From Camelus ferus (taxonomy: Eukaryota), in NCBI RefSeq assembly GCF_009834535.1, contig NC_045708.1, forward strand, positions 11,408,001 to 11,472,000: 64,000 nt of DNA, in the 5' to 3' direction. Both the position numbers and the translations under genes were made by a program. Each line of letters opens with the position of its first letter. The first letter of the stretch is position 1. The notes under the pieces are model-generated. The model made no database searches. It was not told where the DNA came from and saw nothing but the letters and a program-made list of their open reading frames with translations. Positions 12,201 to 24,200 of this stretch are shown one piece after another.

Positions 12201-15200
12201 ACAGCACAAGAGCTACCCTGGCTTCACCCTCCTTGGGGGCAGTAGAACGTAGCAATTAACACACAATCTGAGTCCCCTGGATGGGGTTGCAACTCTGCTC
12301 CCATCCTCAGTAGCAGGACACCTTGGACATGTTGCTGAAACTCTGAGACTAGATTTCCTCCCCTGCCAATCAGAGGCAGCAGCAGTGCTCATCTCCTGGG
12401 TTAGATGCAAGAATACAAGATAATGCCTGCAAAGCGCTTAGCAGAGCTGGCTCAGTGTCAGTGTTCAGTCAGCGCTGGCTCCTGGCATTACCATCCCTCC
12501 CCGCCGTGCACGCATTCCTGGTCCTCAGAACATCCCCATTGTGGCTCTTACAAAACTTCTCAGTGACAGCATGTTCACAGACCGCGTACTCCATAAACTA
12601 CGCTCTCCTATAAGGCAAGTTGAAACCAGGTCTTGTTCATCTGCTTATGGACTGGCCCCCAGTAGATGCCCAAGAAATATTTGATTGAATGAGTGAGCGA
12701 TTTGGGGAAAGATGCTGAACCCTCTGTGTGATGGTTTCTCTACTGGGGGTCTTGGCAGATGATGCTTCATCAGTAACATAGATGGTGAGAGTAGCAGCTG
12801 GACGGGTCAGATGTAGGTGGGGCATCAGCTGGCCTGAGAATCCAAGGTTCTAACTCTGGGGTCGATTCTCCCTCTTTTACCCCACATTGCCTCCACCCGG
12901 CTGTGTGTTTTGAGGCAAGTCACTACTCTTCTCTGGGCCTCTCTGTCTGTGTGTGTCTGATGAGGCAGGTGGACCAAGTTTTCTGTAGGGGTCTGCTGAG
13001 ACTTGAAGCATCTCCCCAACCCCCTTTCCACGAATGATTCTCCATTTCTGAGTAAGTGGGTGGAAGGTGCTGGACCCGGGATGATTCTCACAGTGAATGT
13101 CAACTGCAGCCAGATTGGCCAACATTGGAAGATACTGGATCTCTGCCTTCTCAGCACCAGGAAGAGCCATCAGAGAGGTCACCCCCAAATCCTCCGCCAT
13201 TCCCTCCCTATTCAATTAAAGGCTTGAATAAATGAAGAATGCTCATGGAGGAGAGTTGGAAGGATACAAAGCCCATATTTCTATAGACAGTCCCCTCCGC
13301 AATTACCTGTGGATCAAGCCAGACCCAACCATAAGAATGTCGTGGATCACTTAGTTTAATATCCCACCCTTGCCCCATTTATTAAACGCCTCTCCCAGGG
13401 GTGGGGGCAGGGGTATTTCCCTCAATTCTCAGGGCCTGAAGAGCTGGGCTTCTCTTCCTCAACTGTTTTAGTTTTATCTCATGAGCATCATGATTCATGG
13501 ACTTGATGATGTTTCCCTTTTTTCCTGGGCCACCAGGAAACTCACAGTGAAATCTACCAAACCAGACAGGATGTCTCTCCCTGTCTTTTTCCTTCTTTCC
13601 CCGCTGTTTGACTCCATTTTCTCGCTTAAAATAGCAATCTTCTCCAGGTTGCATTTTGTAAGCTGTCTCAAATCTTTGTTATTACAGTGCAGGCTGTAAA
13701 TCCATGAAAGAAGTAGAAGCGTTGAGTCTTCCCATGGAGTGGGTGCTGGAGGAAGAGAGTGGGGAAGGGAAGGGGAGGGAAGGAAGGCTGGTAATGGGCA
13801 GAGGTTCACGGAAAAGCCCAGGTCAGTGAGTAAGCCCCCAGTAGGGGCAGGAGGGCAGCCCAGAGGTAAATGATCAAAATGTGGGTCAGGTACTGAGTGA
13901 AGGAGGGGTCATCAGGGGCCTGGTCCGAGGATCTTTAATGCTAGACTGAATTTCTATTTTTTGAGGATCAGCTATACCCCAGGCACTTTATGCATGTCAT
14001 TTATAACTTCTCCATTATTCCAGGTTTTTGTGAATTAGGAGACGGCCTCAGAGAAGGTAAATCGTTTGCCTAGGGTGCTGAAATCTAAGAAATGTCAGAG
14101 CCCAGACTAGAACTTCAGACAGAACGGCACCCCAATCTAGGCTTTGCCCACTTTCCTTTATCCTGGGGACCGTAGGAAGCTGAAGGCTTTTCAAGGGAAT
14201 GACACGATCAGATGCATGTTTCCTACAGATCACTGCTGCCTGTGGCAGGGAATGGGGTTAGTCTGGGGCCTGGGGGACCAGGAGGCTGCTCAGATCTCTG
14301 CTGAGAGTCAGTGGTGGCTGGGACCAGCAATGGGGGTGACAGTAGGGTCAGAGAGGAAAGGGTGGGGCCAAGAGAGATTTGGAAGGTAGAGCTGACAGGT
14401 CAGATGAGGTGACTTTTGGTGCTGGGAGTGACCAGAGAGGTTGCCTAGGTCTCTGGCGTGGGCACCTTGGGGTAGAGGCAGCACTGTTTGCTGAGATGGA
14501 AAAAAGCCAGCTGAGGGCAGGGAAAGAGGAGATGTGCTCAGGAGCCTGCTGAGTCGGCCACCCGTGGGGGCGGGGCTGATTCCACCTGGCCGCAACCACC
14601 CCCAGGCCTGGACTGTGCCCAGCCCAGCCCCTCCTGTGGTGTCATTAGCTCTGCTGACATTGCCACATGGAGCCTTGGCCGTCCCAGAGCAGAGGAGGGA
14701 GTCGGTGATTCCTGCAGGTCCCTGGTGCCCAGTGGAGACCGGGGCTGGGGTGTCAGACTCCGAGGGGACAGTGTGGATTGAGTTGGGTGATTCACGGCCC
14801 TCACTACTTCCTGCCATTACAGCCACTAGCCCCAGGCGTCAGTGGGTCTCCTGCTTCCTCACGATGGCTGAGTCAGAGCCCACGAGGCCCCACCCACTTG
14901 GGGGTCCAGGATCCTGCTCTGGGTGTCAGGGGCACAGGGAGAGTTTGGCGGTGACCTGGGAGATCCTGGAGGGGATGACTCCATGTAAGAAGCTGAGAAG
15001 ACTCAACAGGGAGTGAAAGCCCTGATTTCTAGAATAGCATCTATATACAAAAAGTGCCCAGTAGCTGTTTTTCAGTGAAGGAAGGAAGGAAGAAATGAAG
15101 GAAGGAATGCATGAAAACCTTGGATTCAGTGTGATCGCTGTTTCATCTCAGAAATGTCATTACTCTTCTCTGAGCCTGACTTAACTTAACTGGAAAGTGG

Positions 15201-15949
15201 AGGGGCTGGATGAATGGCCCCCAGGGACCCTTCCAGCTTAAAGTTCAGGATTCTAGAGAGCAGATGGGACTGGCCCTGTGGTGCTCAGGGGTGCTAGGCA
15301 GTGGAGAAAGGCCACAGCGGAGAGTCCAGAGAGCTGAGCTCTGCAGGTCCTCCCACCCTCCCTCCCTGGCTGCCCCAGGTAAGCTCAGGCACTAACTGTG
15401 TGTGTATGTTGGGGGGGTGTTCCCCCAGAGTGGAAGGGCCCACAGCTGGTGTCAGCAATGATGGGGACAGCCCAGAAGCCACTCCCACAGGTTACAAGGC
15501 CCGACGCAGGCGGGTTCCATGTCCCGATGGTGCCAAGACTCACCTGGGCCCAGATAGCTTATCCTCACAGGCATCAAATGACTCCCCCGACCAAAGTCAT
15601 TCCCTCCACCGCCCTGCTTACCCACCAATTCATAAATAGTCCATGCTGGGGTCTCCAACTAAAGGCCCAAGGGTCAGATCTGACTTCCAAGTGAGTTAGT
15701 TTGGCTTGACCCATGGTGTTCTGTTTTTAAGGAATATTGCATTTTAATGCATCTGCCAAAGCAGGCTGCCTTCCCTTTGTCACAGCTGCCACTCCTCCCT
15801 GTGGTCTTGTACTTGGTAGTGTCACACATTTATGTTATCCTCTGACCCCCGAAGTCATCTGAGTTTGGAAACTGAGCTAGTTCAGCAACCTGTGAGCAGG
15901 GAGATGAGTGGGGAGGATGGAACCCTGGATGATCTGAGGTTGGAAGCGG

Positions 15950-16250
15950 CCTTGAAATCATGAAGGGCTCATTTTCAGACCTGCCCCAATATCATTTCTT
16001 CAGAGGGGCCTTCCCTGACCAGCCTACTCAAAACAGCACCCCGTCTGCTCTGCCCCTTACCCTGCTCTGTCGTCATCACTTCCTGACACCCCAGTCTCTA
16101 GCCTCCCAGTCTATTCCCTGTCCCCCCGGCTACTGTCTGTGCCCCAAGAGGGCAGCGACTTGGTTTGTCTTATTTCACTGCTACATCCCCAGTGCCAAGA
16201 ACAATGGCTGGTGAAAGGTAGGTGCTCAAAAAAATTGTTGAAGAATGAGG
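15950..16250 (+). mobile_element. L2 3' fragment
   Basis: cttcagaggggccttccctgaccagcctac...cactgctacatccccagtgccaagaacaatggctgg...gtaggtgctcaaaaaa. Confidence 0.65.
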
Positions 16251-16520
16251 AGAATGAGGTATCTGGACATGGTAGCGCCAGCCCAGAACCTCTCGCAGCT
16301 ACAGTTTCCCTGGGTTGTTCCTGGACATCCTGGAGTCACGCTAGAGTCCCATGGTCACCCAGTGGCTGGCAGCTCTCTCCCCCTGCATGGCTGCTGTGTT
16401 TGAGGCTCACCCATCCGTGTTCTACGTGCCAGAGGGGAGAGGGGCTGGGATGTCTTCCAGCTCCCCAATCCCTGCTCCTCCCCACCCCTGCTCCTCCCCA
16501 CCCCTGCTCCCCAGTCCGGT

Positions 16521-17135
16521 CTGGAATCCCAAGTTCAAACAGACCACAGCCTAGATGTGCAGGATGTACCTTTTGCGGGTTGTGGGCAGGGCAGGGGCCC
16601 GGGCAGGTCATGGTGTCTTAGGTGTTCTCAGAAACGAAGCAAAGAGGAAGGCTGCAATCTGCCAAGGGTGGGCAGGGAGGCCGAGAGCAGGAAACTCTTC
16701 TTATTTTTTTTCCTCCAAGAGAGACTTTCTTTTTTTCAACAATAAAAATATTTGGCCACAAACTGTGTCAACACGCCACAGAAGCATGAGGAAGAATGTA
16801 AAAAGGACACGACATTCTACCTCCCGGAAATCTAGTCCACAACACGAGCCTGGCTAGAATCAGATGGCCAGGGCTCAAATCCTGGCTTGACCACTTTCCA
16901 GTGACAGACCCTAACTTCTTGGTGCCTTGATTTCTTCATCTGTGAAATGGGGATGCTCTGGTGTTCCTCTTAGCCTCTCTGCCCACTCCCTGCTATTTCC
17001 TCCTTCTTTCCTCCAGCTCTGAGAATATTTCTTTCTAGGACACCATGACCTAAAAGGGCCCTTGCCCTGCCCACAGCCCACAAAGAGTACATTCTGCACG
17101 CCCAGGCTATGGTCTGTTTGAACTTGGGATTCTAG
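16521..17135. repeat. Local inverted duplication (core arms 16521-16620 and 17036-17135)
   Basis: Hand alignment of arm 1 to the reverse complement of arm 2 gives 84/100 identity with no gaps. Weaker similarity extends to ~16690 and ~16970. Confidence 0.9.
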
Positions 17136-17398
17136 GTTTAATCGGTACCTGTCACTCAGTATTGTTGTAAGGATTAGATGAGTGAATCCATGGAAGGGGC
17201 TTAGAACAGTGCCTGGTACATACATGGTGAAGGCTGTGTATGTGTTTGCTAGCATCTCACCATCATTTGACATCATCTTCACCATCGTCATCACTGCCAT
17301 CATCATCATGGTTATCATCATCATCTTTGCAGATAGCCGTTTATACACCAACCTGCATTCCTCCTTCTTTCTCATCTGTTCATTCACCTATCCATCTG

Positions 17399-17441
17399 TC
17401 CATCCATCCATCCATCCATCCATCCATCCATCCATCCATCC
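17399..17441. repeat. (CCAT)n tetranucleotide microsatellite, preceded by a cryptic (CAT)n tract at ~17262-17326
   Basis: About 10 consecutive ccat units, seen directly. Confidence 0.95.
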
Positions 17442-17862
17442 TTCTGTAATGGGAACATACCCATGTGCTCTTCAGGAACCTGCTTTTTACACTCCACATT
17501 ACATTACATATAAACTAAATGGCTCAGGTCCTGGTTAATGCAGAGGGGTGTGGGTGGTGGAAATGAAACCATCGTGCATCCCATGCTGTTTTGCTGGGTT
17601 CTGTATCCATGGGGCAAATCTAGACTCTGCCTTGGTGCCTTTGGGTGTAACAAACTTTGCAGATCAGGAACATGCGTAATCAGGTACATTGGCAGTAAGA
17701 AAGATCATTCCAGGAAAGTCTTCCAAATCAAAAATAACCAGATAAATGTTTATCCCATTTTTATGTTTCCCTTCTCCCTGACCAGGCTGGGCATTTCTGG
17801 AGGTAGGGACTGTGTCCTCTCCTGCCCCATCAGATTGACAGTTCCCCTAGGCAAGGGGTGTT

Positions 17863-17865
<3 letters not shown>

Positions 17866-17897
<32 letters not shown>

Positions 17898-17904
17898 TCT
17901 CTCT
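17866..17904. repeat. (CT)n microsatellite
   Basis: Seen directly. Confidence 0.95.
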
Positions 17905-18119
17905 TTGCCATCCTTCTACCCCAGACCTGTGGATGTGGGTGTTCTGGTTGTGCATCCACTCTGTGCAGTGACTGCATGGCTGAGAAGGGCCATCCTGGGA
18001 TTCCTGAGGGAACTCTCCTCCTTGTCACCCACTGGTGCCCAATATAGAGGAAGCATGTCCCCTGTAATTACTGGTCTCTACCCAGGGGCCCAATAGACAT
18101 TTCACGCCTGACAGGTCCA

Positions 18120-18575
18120 AAATAGAATGTCTGGACCCCCTGCCCAACCTGCCCACCCCCCGCTTTCCCCATCTTTCTGAGGGCAACTCCATCCTTCTAG
18201 TTGCTGGGGTTCAACCACTCCAGTCATCCTTGACCCCTCTCTTTCTATCACACCCACATCCAATCCATCAGCAAACCTCAACTCTGTCTTCAAGATACAT
18301 TCTGAATCCAACCACTTCTCACCACCTTCACTGTTACCCCAGGACCAAGCCACCGTCATTTCTCGCCTGGATGAGGGGGACGAGCATCCTGACTCTGTCT
18401 GATGTTACCCGTACTTGACTTATGCAACTTTACTCATCCTCCGTCTCCCTGGAATATAAATGCTGTCAGAGCAGGGACTGTGGTCTGTTTTGCTCAGAGT
18501 TGTGTCGCCATTGCTTAATAGGGTGCCTAACAGAGTAGGTGCTCAACGAATGTTTATCGAGTGAATGAATGAAAT
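18120..18575 (+). mobile_element. L2 3' end
   Basis: tcacacccacatccaatccatcagcaaacc...ccaaccacttctcaccacc...gtaggtgctcaacgaatgtttatcgagtgaatgaatgaa (L2 tail). Confidence 0.8.
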
Positions 18576-18652
18576 TCCACAAACGTCCTGAGAACAGGTG
18601 GGAGCCAGTGCTTTCCAGAGCTGAAAGGAGGGGATTTTTCAGAAACAAATTA

Positions 18653-18800
18653 GGGGGAGGGTATAGCTCAGTGGAAAAGTGCATGCTTAGCAGGCATGAG
18701 GTCCTGGGTTCAATCCACACTACCTCCATTGAAAAAAAAACCCTAATTACCTCCTCCCAAAATAAAAAAATATTTTAAAAAAGACTGAAAAAAAAAAAAA
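18653..18800 (+). mobile_element. tRNA-derived camelid SINE (Vic-1-like), copy 1
   Basis: gggggagggtatagctcagtgg... head; A box 18664-18674; B box GGTTCAATCC 18707-18716; cctaattacctcc core; A-rich tail. Confidence 0.85.
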
Positions 18801-19589
18801 GAAATCAGTCTTTCCTAGCCCACTGTTCTGAGCTCCTTTTCAAGTTCCCTCCCCACTGGCTATCCAAGGATACTGACATGGGGTAGCTTCTGCCATCTCT
18901 GGAGTTGGGGGACAAAGGCACAACCTCACCCCCTGAGAGGTGGCACAGTGTGGTGAGTCAGCCGACCTGCCTGTGGCTCCCCCACTGACCAGCAGTGTGA
19001 TCGGCATCCGGGGTTCTCCTGTGACATGAGGGTACCGGCAGTGGTTGCCCAGTGTTTCTTCTGGTGAGTATTGCGTGCCAGGCACCGTGCTGAACCTCCT
19101 ACTGGGAGGTCACATAATCTGCACATCAATCCAATGGAACAGGTAACTACTGCTACGACTGCTGTCTCACACACAGGGAAACGGAACCTCAGAGAGGTGG
19201 AATAACTTTTCAAGATCGTAGGGTTTAAGAGGCAGAGCTGGGATTTGAACCCAGGCAGTCTGACTGCACCGTGGTTTATGTGCTAGCTGATCTCTTAACA
19301 TGTGAGATAAGATCTGCGAACCGCTTAGCCAGCATGTAGTTAGCCCTCAGAAAACACTGACATCGTTACCGTGTGGATTCAGGCACTGACAATCTGAGGA
19401 TAGAGGCAGAACTGCAGGAAGGGGGACAGGGGCTGCTGGGGAGCTTGGTCGCCTTCTGTTGGCAGCTGAACTCTGCTCCACCAGGGGCCCCAGTTGAAGC
19501 CCCCCCTTCCCCATCCTCCGAGAGGCCCTGGGTACCTCCTCCCTTATCCTCTTCGATTAACAGGCCTGAGTGAGGAGGGATGGGCATGG

Positions 19590-19762
19590 AGCCAGGAGGT
19601 GGGGACGAGGTTCAGGCAGGCTAATCAAATCATAGGGCTGAAATTAAAAGGGAGGAGGAAGGCACCGGCTCATCAGAACTCACTCTCCTTCCTGGCAACG
19701 AGGTGCCGGGGAGAGGAGCTGGGGAGCCAGGGAGCCTGGAGATTGAGAGCCAGGGGGACAGG
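19590..19762 (+). promoter_or_regulatory. PADI1: PADI1 proximal promoter / 5' UTR
   Basis: TATA-like ATTAAAAG at ~19644-19651, about 115 nt before the ATG; TGGGGA (MZF1-type) at 19600-19605; GA/GC-rich Sp-type tracts; no CpG island. The TSS is not observable. Confidence 0.55.
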
Positions 19763-19854
19763 ATGGCCCCGCAGAGAGCTGTGCAGCTGTCCCTGAAGAA
19801 GCCCACCTATGCTGTGTGTGTGGTGGGAGTCGAAACGTATGTGGATGTTTACAG
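19763..19854 (+). CDS. PADI1: PADI1 exon 1 ([31 protein letters not shown])
   Basis: ATG at 19763 in caggATGG context; 92 nt; donor AG|gtgaga; phase 2. Confidence 0.97.
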
Positions 19855-21024
19855 GTGAGAACTGAGAAGCGCCCACCTGGCTGCGGAGGGCTGGGCTGGA
19901 ACGGAGGACCTGAGGCAAGGGGTGGGCACTGGGTGGACGAAATCAGACACTTTGGAGGAAGCTGGCAGGAGGCTGTTTTGACAGCAGAGCAGGCGGATTT
20001 GGCTGTAGCACCTGGGAGGGTAGGACGAGGATATCAGGTCCACCTTGGGGCTCTGGCTTCTGGCACGGGGAGGGGGGCAAGTCTTTGGCCTCAAGTCCTG
20101 GGATGAGGGTTCCAGTTGTGAGCTGTGGGACCAGGCTTTGGGGTCTGAGCTCTGCATTCTTATGTCCAAGCGGAACTCGTATGGAGCATCAAAATGAATT
20201 GTTGCTCAAAACAAGGGACAGGACTGGACCTCCCCTGATTTGCCAACAAACTGATTTACCAACAAACTGATTTGTTTCAGTTTCTTGCCAACAACCCATC
20301 TCTCTGAGGGGGAGGGGTGGTGTGTGTGGCAGCTTGATCATCGGAGGCCGGACATCAGAGGCGACTGGGATCAGGAGGGAGTGGTTAGGGAACAATTCAA
20401 TGAATTAATAAAGTAAAAGGCTGGGAACCAGCCTGGGGCTTGATGGTGATGACGGTGGTGACAGTGGCAATGATTACATCTGAGGGGCAGTGGAAGCGTC
20501 AGCTTCTCCCATGGGCCTAGAGTCTCCCTGGCCTGGCCCCAGCCTCAGGTTCCCCAGCTGGCCACTGAGGGAGTTGGGCTTGAGGATCTCTGGGGGCCCT
20601 TCTGGCTCTGACACACTGTCTACGAACTCCATCATTACTGGAACAGTTGGGGCCAGAGCCCTAGCGGATGGGGGGTGGGTCAGGAGGGGAGCCTTCCTCC
20701 CAGAGGAGGTGGGGGCTGAGGTCTGCTACAAGGTGGGATCTGAGCCTCTCCTTCCTCCCCTCCCGCCCACATCGGCCCTCTTGGGTCTCAGTCCCTGTGC
20801 TCTCCCAATCTGGTTAATGAACTGCTGGGCCCAGCTTCACCTGGCTTCAGGTGAGCCTCTGCCCCAGAAGGCCTCCCTGCCCCTCTCTCGGGCAGTGGCC
20901 GGGAGCCGAGGAGGGACAGCCAGGAGCCCTGGAGGCTCTAAGTCATCCTGGGGGCCCTGATGTGGGGCTGGTTCCCTTGGTGACCAGCAGATCCCATTTT
21001 CTCCTGCCCTTTTAAATTAACACA

Positions 21025-21205
21025 AGGTTGCCAGACTTAGCAAACGAAAATACAGGATGCCCAGTTAAGTTTCCACTTCAGATTTAAAAAAAAACATTTT
21101 TTTTTTTTAGTAGTTGCATGGGACATACTTGTATTTAGAAAAAAAATGGCTGTTTAGCTGAAATTCAAATTTAGCTAGGCACCCTGTACTTTATTTGGCA
21201 ACTCT
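21025..21205. mobile_element. MER53 palindromic MITE, PADI1 intron 1
   Basis: aggttgccagacttagcaaacgaaaatacaggatgcccagttaag ... ctgaaattcaaatttagctaggcaccctgtactttatttggcaactct; terminal inverted repeats visible. Confidence 0.85.
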
Positions 21206-24200
21206 GCTTCAACACCGAGAGCAGAGAGGGGGTCTCTAATGAGCCCCTAGCTTCCCAATTCCAGACCCCTGTTCTCACCCCAGGGGATGTCTGTCTCTGG
21301 AAGGTCATTTCAGAACCCCAGGCCCTGGGCTGAGGTTCTGCTGTCTAAGGCCAGAAGCACTTGACTAGTCACTGGTCCTCCAAGGGCCTCGTTCCCTCCT
21401 CTGAGCTCTGACAGGATGACCCGAGTCACCTCTGCAGTTCAGGGTGGCGGTAGGGCCCCCACGCTCTGAGGTTGGACGGACTCAGTTACCTCATCCCAGC
21501 CTTGTTCGTAGCTGTGTGACCCTGGGCAAGCTACCCTACTTCTCTGAGACTCTTTCCTCATCTGACAAGCCGGGCAGCAATAACATTGATGTTAATGGGT
21601 TGGGGCAGGAGAAATAGGAGTGTGCCTGTGCAGGGCCTTGCTCTGCCGGTGCCGGGGAAGAGGGAGGTGCTTACAGCTCTGAATCCACAGCTCCTTGAGC
21701 TCCGTTTCCCCCACTATCTGTTCCTCCCATCTGAGAGGGTGGGGTAGAGGACAGATCAGGGGGTGTGTAGTGGGAACATGGGGGCGATGCTATCTGTAAA
21801 TCTTCTTGGAGATCACCAGGCACCTTGGTATCCTCAGGTGTGGGCCCCAGCCCAGGTGAGGGGCACAGGGAAGTTGCCTGATTGTCCGAAGCTTCTGTGC
21901 CCTGGTTGATTCTGTGGGTAGGGAGCTGCTCGGGTCCTGAGTGAGCACCAGTAAGAGACCTTCAGGAACCTTCACCCTGGATATTGGTGGTGACTAGGGT
22001 CATAGCCACGGAGAGTCGCTAAATTAGAAAACTGAAGTTTATTCTGCAGCAAGTTGGTTTTAAAGTAGACCTAAAGAAGAACTTCCTGCCAGTGAAGTCT
22101 TTGATAGGTGGAGAAAGGCAACGTGGAATTGTCAAGAGAGGTGGAAGCGGGGGGCCATGAATGGTCAACCTGGGATAGTTTTAAGGGGAGCCTAAAGCTA
22201 ACTCCGGGCCTGGGCTGGCTTGGAGGGAGGGGCTACACCTGATGGTGACCCTGGGGCTTCCCCACCCTCATTGCCAGGTGCCTGGCTCCAGCTGAGGACA
22301 AACAAGGGCCTTCTGTTTGGCTTTGCTGGTTGAAGGGGGAAGCCCCCCCCCCAACCAAAGAGGAGGTGTACCAGTCGCCTGAGCTGCCCGGAGTCTGAGC
22401 CCTCCAGATTTAGTAGAGATGGGTGTGTAAGGGTGACATCATGGGAAGTAATTAATTCCCCCATGTGCTCTGTCGACTGGTTATTTGGAGAAATATTTGT
22501 ACTGGGGTAATTGTGTGCCCCAGGGTGTCCCAGCCCAAGGAACCCTTAGAAATCCTCTGACCCAGCATGTGCTGCAGATCCTACACTCATCCCAGCGGGC
22601 TAGCTCACCACCGTGACCCTTCGGGTCTGGCCAGATGGCCTTGGCTGTCCCTGTCCTTGCCTGGAGGTGGCCCCCAGAGGTCTCATGCCAAAAATGAGGG
22701 GGTGTGATGTGAGGAATCCATTAATGATCCAGCCTAGGCTCCCTGTCTGCCCAGGGGCCAGAATCAGAGCTGGAGGCCATATGAGTGTTTATTCTTGGGG
22801 GTGGAGGGGAAGGCTGGCTGGGTGGGGCTGGGGACATTCTCCTGGAGTTTTTCTAAGTCTCCCCCAGCCCAGCAAAAGCATCAAAGCAGAAGAGACCCTT
22901 TAGATCCCAGATTGTTGGGATTTGAGGCTCACAGAGAAAGGAGTGTCTGTGGGGCCTCTCAGACAAGCGGGAGAGAGGAACAGGCCACTTCCTTTTTCTG
23001 GGGTTACCTGTATTTCAAGACACAAAAATACCCAAACAGAGTTATAAAACTTGTGAGATATATATATATTCTTAATGTTTATGTTGAGTAAATTAATGGT
23101 TTTAGCTTGCACAGAAGGACAATGAAGCATAATTGTGCTTCTCATGGGATAATTATAGGATTGATGCCAATACTAATTCACAATGACTGACAGGCTCCGA
23201 GAGCCTGGCTGAGACCTGGGTTTAAAGCCAGATGAGGACCTCAGCTCCTCCCAGTTCCATTCTGCTGCTGCATCACATTCCTTTATTGGAAGTAATGTTG
23301 AAGTTTAAATTTGAAGATTCTTGGAGAATGTGAAACGGGGGTTCCCCGTAAGATCCACGGAGCTATGAGAGGTCAGAGGTCACAGAATCTGAATGGGAAA
23401 TGGTGGAGTGAGTGAGATCTTGATGTGTAAAATATTAGCATCAGGGAGGGCATCAGAGGTCAGCCTCCTCTTAAGTCTACAGATGTCCTCACCTCCCTGG
23501 TCCCCATTGCCACCTCCTGTTTTGAGATCTGGGAATCCCTCATCAGTCTCTCTTTCCTCCCCATTTCTGTCCCTGTAGCCCCTCCCCTGCCCCAGTCTTC
23601 TCTTTCCCATCCGTTTGGTCTTAGAATCTCCCCTCCTCCTCCACCGACTTCTCATCCCTCTCCTGTTCCCATCACTTCCAACCCCCACTTCTCTCTCTTC
23701 CACCCCAGCCCTCTCCCTGCTTTTCTCAGTGGTCCCAGGGGCCAGCTGATGGGCCCTGAGAAAAGACATGAGATACAGGGAATGGAATTATGGTCATTTA
23801 CCCGTGATGCAGATTCCTCCTTGATCCCAAAATGCTTTCCCTGTGATGTGTTGTCCTCTCCTTTGCTCTGTCCAGAGAAGCTTCCACTCCCTTTGCTGTG
23901 GCTTCTAAGCAGCTGTTCAGCTCCGCCAAGTGGTCCTGATGCTCAAAGATATGTGGAGGGTGGGATGTTGGGCTGGAAGGAACTGGCAAATCCACACCCA
24001 GCCAAGATATCAGCCACCTGGGGAACCCAGGAGGGGTGCTCAGCTGTGGGCTGAGAGCGGTGGGGGGATTCCAAACGCTGCTGCCGAGGGGCCAGTACTG
24101 AGGAGGCTGGGATCTGCTGGAACTTGATAGGGGCCTGGCCTCTTAGCAGGTACAGACCTGTGTTGTGCCCCCAAATGCACCCTGGGCCACAGAACAGAGA

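Noticed and set aside
18653-18730. tRNA-like sequences (also 39080-39155 on the minus strand and 50796-50870) as tRNA genes
   Set aside because: They have A/B boxes but continue into a shared SINE body and A-rich tail; one has a TSD. They are SINE heads, not tRNA genes.
18780-18813. 9-bp inverted repeat (AAAGACTGA...TCAGTCTTT) around the SINE A-tail, resembling a terminator hairpin
   Set aside because: Short, AT-rich and expected by chance; intrinsic terminators are not relevant to mammalian Pol II.
19478-19490. Partial CTCF-like CCACCAGGGGCCC upstream of the PADI1 promoter
   Set aside because: It departs from the consensus at the conserved GGC end and is much weaker than the 46809 site.
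1-19600. Additional gene (e.g. PADI2 exons or a lncRNA) or the known distal AP-1 enhancer of PADI3 in the upstream region
   Set aside because: No PAD-like exon was found on either strand. The described distal enhancer lies much further upstream in human and probably falls outside this window. lncRNA exons cannot be called from sequence alone.
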